From a virus, in the IMG/VR virus record IMGVR_UViG_3300033153_008400, positions 1-64,000 of that record: a stretch of 64,000 bases of DNA; one strand, given 5' to 3'. Below are positions 17,420-28,376 of this stretch, in pieces (position 1 is the first letter of the stretch; each line of letters starts with the position of its first letter). Below the pieces are notes generated by a model. The model worked only from the letters and a program-made list of their open reading frames with translations, made no database searches and had not been told where the DNA came from. The position numbers and the translations under genes are program-made.

Positions 17420-20066
17420 TTAAAGAGAAGTGATAGTTATATAACCAGGCTCTCCTTCGCGTAAAATATTTCTTACCCAATTGGCAAAAGACATATCCTT
17501 AGGACAACGTCGTTTAATGTGCTCTTCTTCATTATATTTCTTCACAGACTTTAAAATGCCTGGTGTACAATCAGGACATACAGCTTTAGAACCAAATTCT
17601 ACTCCTCCTGATTCATCACTGTCGGTATAGTCCTTATTACAAAGGTCACAATTGACCTTATCTCCTAATATTACTGTTTTATCCTTCATAATTCAATATT
17701 TCTGGTTCTTTTATAATAAGAGTAGTAATATCTCTAACATCTGTATAAGTTAGACCAGAACATGCATTAATAAGGTCTAAAGTATGACCATCTTTCCTAG
17801 CTATTTCACTAGCTATTCTATCTATTGTCATAAATAGTACATTAAATAATAAGTCCTTGTCTAATCTTTCAGTAGCATTCATGCCATCCTGGAATTCAGC
17901 TATTTTGTCAATTCTTGCTAATAAATATATGTAATACGCATTTTTATTCATAATTTAAATTTAAATATTCTTATTTCTTATTATTTTTCTACTACTTTCC
18001 CATGCCTTATTTATCAACGCACTCGCATGTGTTGCTGTAAATGATAAGGGTTCTACCTTATAAATAACAACTTCTTTGTTGAGTGCAGTCTGATATGCAA
18101 TCTCTCTTAGGATATCATACATTGATTGATCCTTTCTGTCCCCACTGGAGCTCACTGATGCTATTGCATAACATTCAGCTAACATTTGAAGTGGTTTCTT
18201 TGTCTTAGTGCCATTATTGACTACAACAATAACTTCTAAATGTTCTAATAACATGTAGAGGTATTGATTATAGACTTCTCTAGCAGCACATATACTGGCT
18301 ATTTGTTCTAATCTATCGTTAAGATCTATCATCCTATGTAGGTTTTTCGGTCATCATATTATCTCTCGCTTAGAATCATATCTTAAATTAGCATAATAAA
18401 ATGCATGCTTAAGGGTAATTAATAAATATACACTCACAATAAGATTCATTAGAAACATCAATGATGCATAATAATTCTCTTCATAAGTAGCAAGAGTAAA
18501 ATATGTATTCATTGTTATCAATATTATTAAAATCATTATCTTAAAAGTATGTATAATATAAGCCCTTTTCATTCTTTTTTTAGTCTTTATATAACTCATG
18601 TCTTTTTAGTTTAAAGATTAGCATACTTCCATCTGATTTAGGACTACAATGTTCACTGAATAGCTTACAAAGAGTACTCTTATCATCAAATTTACAACCT
18701 TTACATATTCCAGAAAACCCGTCCTGGATCTCCTGTCTGTAAATTTGACCTCTGTATTTAACTTCTTTCATTTAATGTATTTTAGAATTTATTTAGTCGC
18801 TGATAATATGGCATTAATAATAAACCCAATACTACACACACATATTATGCAGTATCAGGTTTATAATAGCAGACTTAGTCTATTTTCAGTATTTATCTAT
18901 ATTTTATCTAATGATTATAAGAACGAAAAGGGAGGTTGTTGTCACCTCCCTAAAATATGTCTACATTGGTTCCATAATCATTAAGTATTAGTTGCTTATC
19001 TAAGTTTCTTGATCAGATGTTGAAGAAATATTATCTTCTCTCTGTTTATAGCTATATTAACTGTGTTTGAATCAGGATTACCATCATAATTCCACCAAGG
19101 TACATCTACAGTTAAAACTTCATCATTATTTCTAAATAAAGGTAACTCAAATATTACCTTATTCTTAACCTTTGTAGGCATCTCACCATGTAAATAAACT
19201 AGAGCATTCGGTAATATTCTATCATTCAATCCACATTTTGCTTTATAGCCTTTATCATTGTATTTACAAAGATCTCTGTCCATATTACATAAGAAATTAG
19301 TACCACTAACTAAATGTTTCTCAATATAAGAGATGTACATTAAGTACACCTCTTGTATTTCTACGCGTTCTTTCTTTAAATATCTCATACACAATTCTTT
19401 AAAGATAATATACTAGGAACATAAAGTATCCTGACTCTTTTATGATGTCTCTTGCGTTTAATCCTTTTCAAAGCATAATGTCTTATCTTAGCTATCAAAG
19501 GCTGATGAGTAATATTCAATTGCACATGTTCTACTTTATCAGTTTCCATTGCTCGAACAAACTGCTCGTCGTGGGTAACGAGCATAGTTCTATTGAATTC
19601 AAACTTGTGATATTTCTTAGCATTGTCATTTAATGCTGTGCCCAAGTATACAAGGTCTTTTAAATCGGTAGTATCTAATACTATTGTTTTCATTTGTGGT
19701 TTAGGTTTTTAAGGAATTTAATTAATATTCATCTAAATGATCGTACTCTTCCTGTATGTATTTATCCTGTTTAGAGCGACATTTGCTGCAAACATAATAA
19801 ACAGGCCCATTTAAGCCTTCTTCAAAGTCACGTATTGGTGTTAAATGTTTTTTATGCTTACACCAGTCACATATTTCGTCTTCTTGCTTGTCTTCGTCTT
19901 TCATACACTTCGACACACAACTATCACAATAATAGTGATATTCTGCTCCAAAGGAGTCAGTTTCTCCTTGCAACCTGTTAGTCACTAAAGAGGTACATTC
20001 ACAATTGTATCCATCACACACTTGGTCTAGTGTATGGAATTTAATAATATCTCCAGGTAGTCCCAT
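17420..20066 (-). CDS. Run of small early hypothetical genes (17420-17689 Zn-finger, 17679-17951, 17961-18332, 18354-18599 TM, 18580-18771, 18996-19394, 19385-19693, 19722-20066 Zn-finger)
   Basis: Co-oriented ORFs; CxxC pairs in 17420-17689 and 19722-20066. Confidence 0.65.
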
Positions 20067-20068
20067 AA

Positions 20069-20341
20069 CTATTTAATTCTAACTGCAGTTGCATATTGAT
20101 ACCTAATACCTGATGATGCCGTTGCACCTTTAGGCAATGTTCCCTTATACTTGCCATACAATGTAGTTCCACTACGAGATGACAACATTACTACTACAGT
20201 ATCACCTACTTCAACGACTGAGTGTGTGTCTGTTACTGATGTAATTCTTCCTGAAGTTACTTCTTCAACTATAATGTACCTACTATGACATGCTGTTAAC
20301 ATGAATACAAGAACTATTATTAAAAGGTTTAATCTTTTCAT
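20069..20341 (-). CDS. Small lipoprotein
   Basis: MKR + hydrophobic core + lipobox LTA-C. Confidence 0.75.
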   Translation of the reverse strand: MKRLNLLIIVLVFMLTACHSRYIIVEEVTSGRITSVTDTHSVVEVGDTVVVMLSSRSGTTLYGKYKGTLPKGATASSGIRYQYATAVRIK

Positions 20342-20824
20342 TATTAGTGGTTGTTTTTAGGCTTATTAGTGTTAAAAAGGTCATTTACAGCCTATAAATG
20401 TCCTAATTGTTCCTAGTATACTACTAGTGAACATAATTACTTGATACTATTCTATTAATGTCTTAATGCTATGCTTACCCCATGAATATGTATTTTGAAC
20501 AATTCTTAAATACACTTTAAAGGTGGATGAGGTCATGCCTCTGAGCACGAACTTACACACAAACACACAGTATTTCGTGTGAGATGAGCTAAATTCTATT
20601 GCATTATTCGCAACAAGTAGCTGATTTCTCCCGAGGGAAATATGTAAGATTCGCAATGAAAGTCCAAATAGCTGAGAATAGTGCAAAAAGAGGCTTAAAA
20701 TGATGGAAAGGTCGCTCCACCCCACCCCTGGGCTTGTAAATCCCTATATTGCTCGCGTAATGTTGGCACGATTCGTTCTCGTTACAAGTATCACGAACTG
20801 TTGGCACGTTATCTCTCAATAGGT

Positions 20825-20852
20825 AAAAGAGAGAGCGTGGGGAACTCTCTCT
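20825..20852 (-). terminator. Intrinsic terminator after the first minus-strand gene
   Basis: AGAGAGAG/CTCTCTCT stem followed by a short U-run on the minus strand. Confidence 0.6.
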
Positions 20853-20867
20853 GTTGAGGACAATCAA

Positions 20868-21518
20868 TTACAATGACCCGTCCAATACTTTACTCAAAAT
20901 ACCACTATCGCGAAGAGCTGTTGGGTCTGCTGAGAACGTATTGGGATTAAAGATTGCAGACTTGAACTTATCCATTCGTTCGTAGTCGTGGTCTTTTTTA
21001 GAAACAATAGTGTTGATTTCCCAACGGACTTCAGGACGCTGTTCATCGTACTCTGTAGCCTTTAAGGTGCGACCCGAAACGACTGATGTAAGTACAAAAG
21101 AGTGAACATCTTTGTTAAGAAAGTCTTTGATGAACTCTCTGTCGTCCGAAATGAAAGGTATTTCAAGACTACCCTTTTTGTAAAGAAAGGCGTCAAACCC
21201 AAGTGGATGTTTCTTAACTGCCGAAGGTTTAGTGTACTGACGATTGTATTTGTGACGAACGTTGGTAATCTGTTCACGACCAATTACAATATCAATGCCG
21301 TCGTCTGTCGGAACAGTAGGTGCAGGTCTTTTAACTATTACTTGGTCGTCGGTGTAGGGTGATATAACACCGTCGTCCGTGGTTGGCACGATAGGTGTGC
21401 TTGCCACTATTGGTAATCCATTGTCTTTGGATAATTGCTCCAAAGTTTCTTTGTTGTCCGTCGACGAGTACTGAACATTGTTAGCGTCTAACTGAGCTTT
21501 TAATTGAGCTACGGTCAT
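20868..21518 (-). CDS. First gene of the early block; N-terminal HeH/SAP-like nucleic-acid-binding motif
   Basis: MTVAQLKAQLDANNVQYSSTDNKETLEQL fits the HeH/SAP pattern; codon usage differs from neighbours. Confidence 0.7.
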   Translation of the reverse strand: MTVAQLKAQLDANNVQYSSTDNKETLEQLSKDNGLPIVASTPIVPTTDDGVISPYTDDQVIVKRPAPTVPTDDGIDIVIGREQITNVRHKYNRQYTKPSAVKKHPLGFDAFLYKKGSLEIPFISDDREFIKDFLNKDVHSFVLTSVVSGRTLKATEYDEQRPEVRWEINTIVSKKDHDYERMDKFKSAIFNPNTFSADPTALRDSGILSKVLDGSL

Positions 21519-21720
21519 AATCGTTTATGATTTAAATTAATAAAATAAGAAAGAAGGTCTACCTACCATTGAAGGCGGGGCTACCCCAGTCTGCTAAATA
21601 ATAGGTGGGGTTTGATTATGATGTACCCTCACCAAGTACACATACGACAATTTTTGGGGATCGGTATGGGGGTGTTATGAGATTGGGATATAAAATTTCT
21701 AACTAAATCTGTTAGCCAAA

Positions 21721-21752
21721 TTTGAAATTTATAATTTTTTAAGTTATCTTTG
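21721..21752 (+). promoter_or_regulatory. Bacteroidota primary-sigma-type promoter for the virion block
   Basis: TTTG (21721-21724), 20-nt spacer, TATCTTTG (21745-21752) match the -33/-7 consensus TTTG-N19-21-TAnnTTTG. Confidence 0.7.
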
Positions 21753-21774
21753 GGCTAACTACATAAAATAAGAT

Positions 21775-22140
21775 ATGGAAGTACAGAGATTGAATAAACA
21801 AGTAAAGGACTCTTTTGCATTAGCCCAGAAGTATTATCAGATAATTAGTGTGCTGAATGATTTAGGGTTAGCCCAGGGAGAGATACAGTTAGTGGCGTAT
21901 AGTGCGATAATGGGGAATATGGCTGATCCTACCTTGAGGAAGGCTTATTGTGAGCAGTATGGGACGACACCTGCGACTATTAATAATATTGTATATAGGT
22001 TGAAGAAGAAGAATATCTTTTTAAAGAAGGATAAGAAGATTTTTGTGAATCCTAGTTTGACGAAGTTAGATTTTTCTAAGGCAACGACGTTGGTTGTGAG
22101 CCTGACACTTCAGACAAAGCCTACAGTGAAAGATGAATAA
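21775..22140 (+). CDS. Putative winged-helix DNA-binding protein
   Basis: TTPATINNIVYRLKKKNIFLKK...IFVNP pattern; first gene of the block. Confidence 0.55.
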   Translation: MEVQRLNKQVKDSFALAQKYYQIISVLNDLGLAQGEIQLVAYSAIMGNMADPTLRKAYCEQYGTTPATINNIVYRLKKKNIFLKKDKKIFVNPSLTKLDFSKATTLVVSLTLQTKPTVKDE

Positions 22141-22510
22141 ACCAAGGACAATGAGTGTAAAGGAGCATGTTTATAGGATGGTCTCCCAGGAGCTAGATGT
22201 TCCTCATGATACTGTCAAGAGGGTATTGGACAATCAGTTTCGGACTGCCCTCAGTGCCTTGAAGGATAATAATTCTTTAGAGATAGCAGGGTTTGGGAAG
22301 ATACTTATGAACAGGCACAGGTTACGAAGTCACATCAGGCGTCAGAAAGAAGTAATTAAATATTATAAGAAGCAGATAAAGGATTCTTTAGTAAAGGAGA
22401 CAGTAAAGGTAGATTTTAGAGAAAGATTAAAGGTAGAGATCATAGAGTTGAAAGATTTAGAATTAAGAGCAATTAAATACGATCAGACTCATGGAAACAA
22501 TGAAAAGTAG
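22133..22510 (+). CDS. HU/IHF-like DNA-binding protein
   Basis: VKRVLDNQF...NNSLEIAGFGKI motif. Confidence 0.65.
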   Translation: MNKPRTMSVKEHVYRMVSQELDVPHDTVKRVLDNQFRTALSALKDNNSLEIAGFGKILMNRHRLRSHIRRQKEVIKYYKKQIKDSLVKETVKVDFRERLKVEIIELKDLELRAIKYDQTHGNNEK

Positions 22511-22796
22511 TATAGAGGAAAAGTTAGCTAAGGCTAACAAGCTACTCTCAGAAATAGCTGAGGGGTGGAGGAATCATGCAATCCCACCAAAGAATCTCGA
22601 AGGAATTATTAATTCTGTCAGTAAGTACAGGGTTACTATATGTGAGACTTGTCCGTTTCACAGTAAGTTTCACAGTACACCTTTAAGACCTGATAATCAC
22701 TGTACGGATTGTGGGTGTACTTTAGCAGCTAAAACAAAATGTTTATCTTGCAGGTGTCCTTTAGGGGATCCTAAATGGGTAGAAGTACAAACTTAA
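22491..22796 (+). CDS. Cys-rich zinc-binding protein
   Basis: CETCP...CTDCGCTL.AKTKC...CP...KW. Confidence 0.7.
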   Translation: METMKSSIEEKLAKANKLLSEIAEGWRNHAIPPKNLEGIINSVSKYRVTICETCPFHSKFHSTPLRPDNHCTDCGCTLAAKTKCLSCRCPLGDPKWVEVQT

Positions 22797-23313
22797 ATAA
22801 TATGATAGCGAGTAGTAGTAGTTATAGTGGTAGTACTTTAGATATTACAGATACTACAAGTAGTAGCGATTGTACAGCAACTGTTACGGAATATTATGAT
22901 ACGCCTTATTCTTATGTTAAGGAAGAAGAAGTAGAACAAGAGATATTACCTCCAAAGGTAGATATTTCATTTAAGAGTAGGAATATTTCATATAAGAACA
23001 GGCTTAATAGTAAAAATAAATTTAGAACCCATAGAACCAGAAACAGATGAAAACAACTGTAACAGTAAAGAAGATACCTACGGATGCTATTTTTGAGATT
23101 ATGTTAAAGATGAGGGAAGCAGGTGTAGAGCATGTGAATTTTGTGTGCGAAATGACACCTACACAGGATAATGTAACTGTAGTAGAATACAGACCCACAG
23201 GGAAGGACTCTAATCAGCATACTTTAGATATAGATTTTGAAAATGTAGAAGAGCAACGTATAGATTATATTAAGAAAATTTTAAAAGGCGACAATGGCAC
23301 CAGCAGCAGCTAA
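22775..23313 (+). CDS. Two hypothetical genes (22775-23050, 23047-23313)
   Basis: Overlapping co-oriented ORFs. Confidence 0.6.
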
Positions 23314-23653
23314 ACCTCTACTTATAGAGTATGAATTAAAGTTCTTAGAGAAGAAACTTAAGGAATTAAAGCAGTATATTGCGGCTAATCCTTATAATAA
23401 ATTAGATGACAGGACTGTTATCAGTGGGACTAAGAATTTTAAGGATGGGTCCACTTTTGATACTTATAAAATAGTAGCGACAAAAGAAGCCCAACGCAGA
23501 GATTTGACTTCGGCATTGAAAGATTATGCTGAAATTGTAAGGACTGTTGATGAAATGAGAACTCAGGAAGAGAAGAAGAAGATAGCTGTAAGGGGAGATG
23601 AGACATTAGGCTCTCAGGCTGAGAAATTCTTAGCCTCCAGAGAGAAAAAATAA
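23294..23653 (+). CDS. Putative terminase small subunit
   Basis: Helical protein directly upstream of TerL, ending in a VRG motif; assigned by position. Confidence 0.5.
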   Translation: MAPAAAKPLLIEYELKFLEKKLKELKQYIAANPYNKLDDRTVISGTKNFKDGSTFDTYKIVATKEAQRRDLTSALKDYAEIVRTVDEMRTQEEKKKIAVRGDETLGSQAEKFLASREKK

Positions 23654-23656
23654 TAT

Positions 23657-25678
23657 ATGGAAGGTCTTAGCAATATAGAGTATAAAGATTTTTATTTAAA
23701 TTCAGGTAGGTTACCTGATGAACAAAGCGCAGAATATAAGGAGTTTTATGAAATGCATAAAGGTTTTTGTATCGATGGGGTTATGATGGACGGTGTCTAT
23801 ATTAACCCTTTTCTTTATTGGCATCTGAATTTTTGGCACACGGAAGTAGATTTCGTAGATGCACGGGGAAGGATTTCCCAGAAGTATGCGAATCCTCTGA
23901 TGAGAGATAATGAGTGGCTGATCACTAATGAGATCGATAGAGCACATCATGAAAGGAAAGGCCTCGTCTTATTAGGGATTAGACGTTCTGCCAAGTCTGT
24001 TATAGAAAGTTCCTATATTGGATGGGGTGCTACCTTTGATGAGAACTCACAAAATGTAATAGCAGGATTGAATGCTCCTGATATTAAATTGATCACTGAT
24101 AAGTTAGATAAAGGACTCAACTTTGTACCTAAAGCGTGGAGGTGGCAAAGGGTAGAAGACAACTGGACAAAACAAGTTACATTAGGGATAAAAACAAAAG
24201 CTGGAGAAAGAATACCTTTTAGTCAAATATTAATTCGTAACTTAGACGGTGGTGCAAATGAAGAAGCAATTGCAGGTACAAAACCAAGAAAACTAATTAT
24301 TGATGAGATAGGAAAGGGTAGTTTTTTGAGAGCACTCCAGGCAGCAATACCTGGGTTTACTACACCTTACGGGTGGGGTTGTTCTCCTATTTTGACAGGA
24401 ACAGGTGGAGACATGAAAATGTTTCAGGACGCTAAAAGTCTGATGTTCGATGTAGAGAATTTTAACTTCCTTCACTATCAGAATGAGAAAGATACCAGAA
24501 GTTTTCATGGTTTGTTTGTAGGGCATAAGTATCGTATGGAGGCCAAAAGACCTTCTACGTTAGGAAAGTTTTTAGATAAACCTCTTGATAGTAACCTACA
24601 CAAGATGCCAATGCTTGTAGGTGACTTTGATGAAGCTGAAAGAATTACAAATGAAAATTTAATTAGGCTAAAAAAAGCTGGAGACAGAGTAGCTTATTTA
24701 AAAGAAAAGATGTACTTTCCTAAGGAAGTAGATGATATCTTTTTGAATGAAGATACCAACATCTTTGATATAGAGGCTGCCAAGCGACAAAAAGCTAGGC
24801 TACTGGATCAGGAAAGATTAGGAACACCTGTAGTTTTGTTCGATGATGGTGATGGTGTGAAACATGAGTTCACAGATAAGTTACCTATCAGTAACTTTCC
24901 TTTAAAGGCTATAGATGATAAAAATGCTCCTGTAGTAATATATGAGTATCCTATAGAAGATCCTCCTTATGGATTATACGTAGCAGGCGTCGATCCATAC
25001 AGACAAGGTAAAGCTGCATACTCTGATTCCCTAGGAAGTGTGTATATTTACAAAAGAATGCATGAAATCACTGGGGAAAAATATCAGGACATGTTCGTAG
25101 CAAGTTATAGTGCGAGACCTGATAAAAAAGAAACCTGGGAACAGCAAGCCAGATACCTAATTAAATATTATAACGCTCGTACTCTTTGTGAGAATGATGA
25201 AATTTCCTTTATAGATTATATGATCGCTAAAGGAGATTCTCGATATTTAGAGCGTCAGCCTGAGTGGTTAAAGGAAATCGTTCCTAATACTACAGTGAGG
25301 AGAGACTTCGGTATACACCGTAGCTCAGAAAAGGTCAGGGATTTTTTACATGGGGCGCTGAAGAAGTACTCAGAAGAAGTTATTAACAAAGTTTTAAACG
25401 ATGATGGAGAGGTCATAAAACAGGTAAAAGGGATGGGTAAAATATTAGATCCTGTACTATTGGAAGAGATGATACAGTATAATGAGATAGGAAACTTTGA
25501 TAGGATTATCGCAGCAGAGTTAGCAGTAGCACTAGCAGCAAAATTAGGAATTACAATGGGTACGATAGGAGGAAGAAAAGACCCTAGGATTTTAGGATTT
25601 GATAAGAAGAGTGCAAATACTTTATTTGCAGGAAGTAATAAAATGTTCACTAAGAGAAAATCTAAATTATTCAGATAA
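23657..25678 (+). CDS. terL: Terminase large subunit
   Basis: Walker A-like GIRRSAKS, Walker B LIIDEIGK, TGTGG coupling motif, nuclease AGVDPY...SLGS and NFDRI. Confidence 0.92.
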   Translation: MEGLSNIEYKDFYLNSGRLPDEQSAEYKEFYEMHKGFCIDGVMMDGVYINPFLYWHLNFWHTEVDFVDARGRISQKYANPLMRDNEWLITNEIDRAHHERKGLVLLGIRRSAKSVIESSYIGWGATFDENSQNVIAGLNAPDIKLITDKLDKGLNFVPKAWRWQRVEDNWTKQVTLGIKTKAGERIPFSQILIRNLDGGANEEAIAGTKPRKLIIDEIGKGSFLRALQAAIPGFTTPYGWGCSPILTGTGGDMKMFQDAKSLMFDVENFNFLHYQNEKDTRSFHGLFVGHKYRMEAKRPSTLGKFLDKPLDSNLHKMPMLVGDFDEAERITNENLIRLKKAGDRVAYLKEKMYFPKEVDDIFLNEDTNIFDIEAAKRQKARLLDQERLGTPVVLFDDGDGVKHEFTDKLPISNFPLKAIDDKNAPVVIYEYPIEDPPYGLYVAGVDPYRQGKAAYSDSLGSVYIYKRMHEITGEKYQDMFVASYSARPDKKETWEQQARYLIKYYNARTLCENDEISFIDYMIAKGDSRYLERQPEWLKEIVPNTTVRRDFGIHRSSEKVRDFLHGALKKYSEEVINKVLNDDGEVIKQVKGMGKILDPVLLEEMIQYNEIGNFDRIIAAELAVALAAKLGITMGTIGGRKDPRILGFDKKSANTLFAGSNKMFTKRKSKLFR

Positions 25679-28263
25679 TGGCAATTATAAAACATACTAA
25701 AGACTCAGCAGAAAAATATGCTTATCTTAATATTTTTCCAGATCAATTTAAAACTGAAAAACAAAAACAAGAAGACAGCTATGTAAAGAATTCGTTAGAT
25801 TATTTTGCGAACAAGGCATATGCAGAGTACGTAAGGAACAAAAAAGACTTCGTAAAAAATTATGACCTACTGAAAGGTATCCTGACAATACAGGATTTTT
25901 ATCAGGAACCACAGGTCAAGTCCTTTACAGAGATGCTCACTCCCACAGAAGAATTACCACTACATGTAAAACAATACTCAATAATGACTACTCCTATAAA
26001 TGAATTAGTAGGAGAAATCAGTAAGCGACCAGATTCATACAGGGTGAAAGCCTTTGATGATGATTCCAAATCTGAAGAACTTAAATTCAAGACAGATATA
26101 TTGCATGAGTATATTATCACTACTGCGAGACAGAAGATAATGGAAAAGGCTGCAATGGAAGGACAACAAATAGAACCTGAACAGTTAGAGAAGATGACAA
26201 TGAATCAGGTTCAGGAGCAACTAGATACTTATTCCTCCACTGCAGAAAAATGGGCTAATCATGTACTGACATCTACTAAGGCAGATTTTAATACCAAAGA
26301 GATGAGTGAGGACGCCTTTAGAGATTTACTAATTAGCTCCAGGGAGTACTATCATATATATGAGGATAATTCTAAGCTAGGATTTAATATAGAAGTCGCT
26401 AACCCTAAAAATATATGGTTCTTATCAACACCTGACAGGAAGTATATTTCTGATCCTTCTGGAAGGAACAGAGGTGCTTATGCTGCAGGTATTGTAGAAG
26501 TAATGGAGCTTTCTGAAATCATTGAGAGTTGTCCTGAACTTACTGAAGAAGAAATTACTCACCTGCGTACCAGCCTTAATGATTATGGTCTTATTGATGT
26601 AAGAGAATCTAACTTAGGTAAATCTCAAAGTATTGCAGGAGAAGACACTGTTATTTATGATACATATGATCCTTTAGTACTTCAGTCACGAATGATGATT
26701 GAATCGGAGATGAAGGAAAATAAGGATGACCTTAAAGATTTCTTAGGTCTGACCAATAACGTATCTTCTTTCGGATACAAGTATGTAGTAATGACATGCT
26801 ACTATATCTCTAAGAAAAAGGTAGGTAGGGTAGAATTTTTAGATGATGCAGGTAATGTTCAATCTATGTTAGTAGATGAGACCTATAAGTCAGGAACTAT
26901 TCCTACACAGACATCTATAGAATGGGGATGGATCAATCAGTGGTATCAAGGCAAGAAGATAGGACCAGATATCTATCACTCTAAACCATTCGACCTTTTG
27001 ACATATTGTCCAATCATAGGAACCTTACATGAAGTAAAAAATACAGAACCCAGGTCATTAGTAGATTTGATGTTACCATTTCAGGTAATATATAATGTAT
27101 CACTTAATCAACTATATGAATTACTAGAAAAGGAGATAGGTCAGGTACAATTAATGTCTCTGAGACACATACCAATCCCTAAGGATGGAGATGCACAGGA
27201 TGCTCTCGATATATGGGAAGCTGAAGCAAGAGAAAGAGGTGTTGTGTTCATCGATGACTCACCTGAAAACCTTAAGGCGCCGAGTAGCTTTAACCAATTT
27301 ACATCTTTAGACCTTACACGGACGAAGGAAATTCAGAGCAGATACACTTTAGCTCAGCAAATGAAGATAGAGTGTTGGGAACTTATAGGTATGAGTAAAC
27401 AACGTATGGGAGATGTATCTGCTTCAGAGACGGCTACAGGAACCAATACTGCAATGCAACAAAGCTATTCTCAGACAGAACCTTTATTTGTAGCTCATGA
27501 GTATGTACTAGGTCAATTGTATCAGGCCATTATAGATGCAGCTCTATATATTGAAAGCGCTAAAGAAGAATCAACCTTATCATACATCACCTCCGAAGGG
27601 GAATCTGCTTTCGTAAAAGTAAATGGTTCAGATATTAGGTTTAGAGACCTGAAGGTATTCCCAACCAATAGACCAGAAGATACTAAAATGTTTACTGAAA
27701 TACGTATGCTATCTCAGGCTATTTTACAGAATGGTGGTTCTTTATATGATGTAATAGAACTATATACTACCAAGTCTCAAAGAGATATGAAGAAAACCTT
27801 CAAGGATCTTAAAGATAGACAAGATGCACAGATTCAGACTGAGAATGATCAGAAACAACAAGCTCTTGACCAATCACAAAAACAGTTTGAAAGAGGTTTA
27901 GAAGAGGCTGAAAGAATCAGACAAGATGAGCAGATTAATGAGAACTATCAGAAAGAATTAGATAGAATTAACAAGAAAGAAGTAGCTGCAATCAATGCTC
28001 TCAGACATAATGAGAATGCTACTGCAGATGATGATAATTCTGGTATAGCAGACTCATTAGAGGTAACCAATCAAATGAACGCTAAGTCAAAAGCTAATCA
28101 AGATTATCTATCTAAGTTAGCCGATATTAGAACTAAAGCATCTACTGAAAGAGCTAAATTAGCAGTAAAACGTGAGGAGATTCAAGTCAATAGAGAGAAT
28201 CAAGTCAATGATTTAGCAATTGCTAAAGAAAATGCTAAGGGACGCAGTAAAGTAGGTAAATAA
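25678..28263 (+). CDS. Portal protein
   Basis: 861 aa directly after TerL; long C-terminal coiled coil; crAss-like synteny. Confidence 0.85.
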   Translation: MAIIKHTKDSAEKYAYLNIFPDQFKTEKQKQEDSYVKNSLDYFANKAYAEYVRNKKDFVKNYDLLKGILTIQDFYQEPQVKSFTEMLTPTEELPLHVKQYSIMTTPINELVGEISKRPDSYRVKAFDDDSKSEELKFKTDILHEYIITTARQKIMEKAAMEGQQIEPEQLEKMTMNQVQEQLDTYSSTAEKWANHVLTSTKADFNTKEMSEDAFRDLLISSREYYHIYEDNSKLGFNIEVANPKNIWFLSTPDRKYISDPSGRNRGAYAAGIVEVMELSEIIESCPELTEEEITHLRTSLNDYGLIDVRESNLGKSQSIAGEDTVIYDTYDPLVLQSRMMIESEMKENKDDLKDFLGLTNNVSSFGYKYVVMTCYYISKKKVGRVEFLDDAGNVQSMLVDETYKSGTIPTQTSIEWGWINQWYQGKKIGPDIYHSKPFDLLTYCPIIGTLHEVKNTEPRSLVDLMLPFQVIYNVSLNQLYELLEKEIGQVQLMSLRHIPIPKDGDAQDALDIWEAEARERGVVFIDDSPENLKAPSSFNQFTSLDLTRTKEIQSRYTLAQQMKIECWELIGMSKQRMGDVSASETATGTNTAMQQSYSQTEPLFVAHEYVLGQLYQAIIDAALYIESAKEESTLSYITSEGESAFVKVNGSDIRFRDLKVFPTNRPEDTKMFTEIRMLSQAILQNGGSLYDVIELYTTKSQRDMKKTFKDLKDRQDAQIQTENDQKQQALDQSQKQFERGLEEAERIRQDEQINENYQKELDRINKKEVAAINALRHNENATADDDNSGIADSLEVTNQMNAKSKANQDYLSKLADIRTKASTERAKLAVKREEIQVNRENQVNDLAIAKENAKGRSKVGK

Positions 28264-28376
28264 CTAACTTAATGCGATATTATGGTTAAAAATTTAAAGA
28301 TTAGAGTTTTAATCATTTTGTTATTTGCTTAACATTAATTACATTTACACGTACAACGAATATAATATAACTACAT

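Noticed and set aside
20447-20867. ORFs 20447-20725 and 20604-20867 (also 7993-8175, 13737-13949, 18745-18984)
   Set aside because: They have atypical composition, overlap each other or structured elements, or lie antisense to the block; probably not genes.
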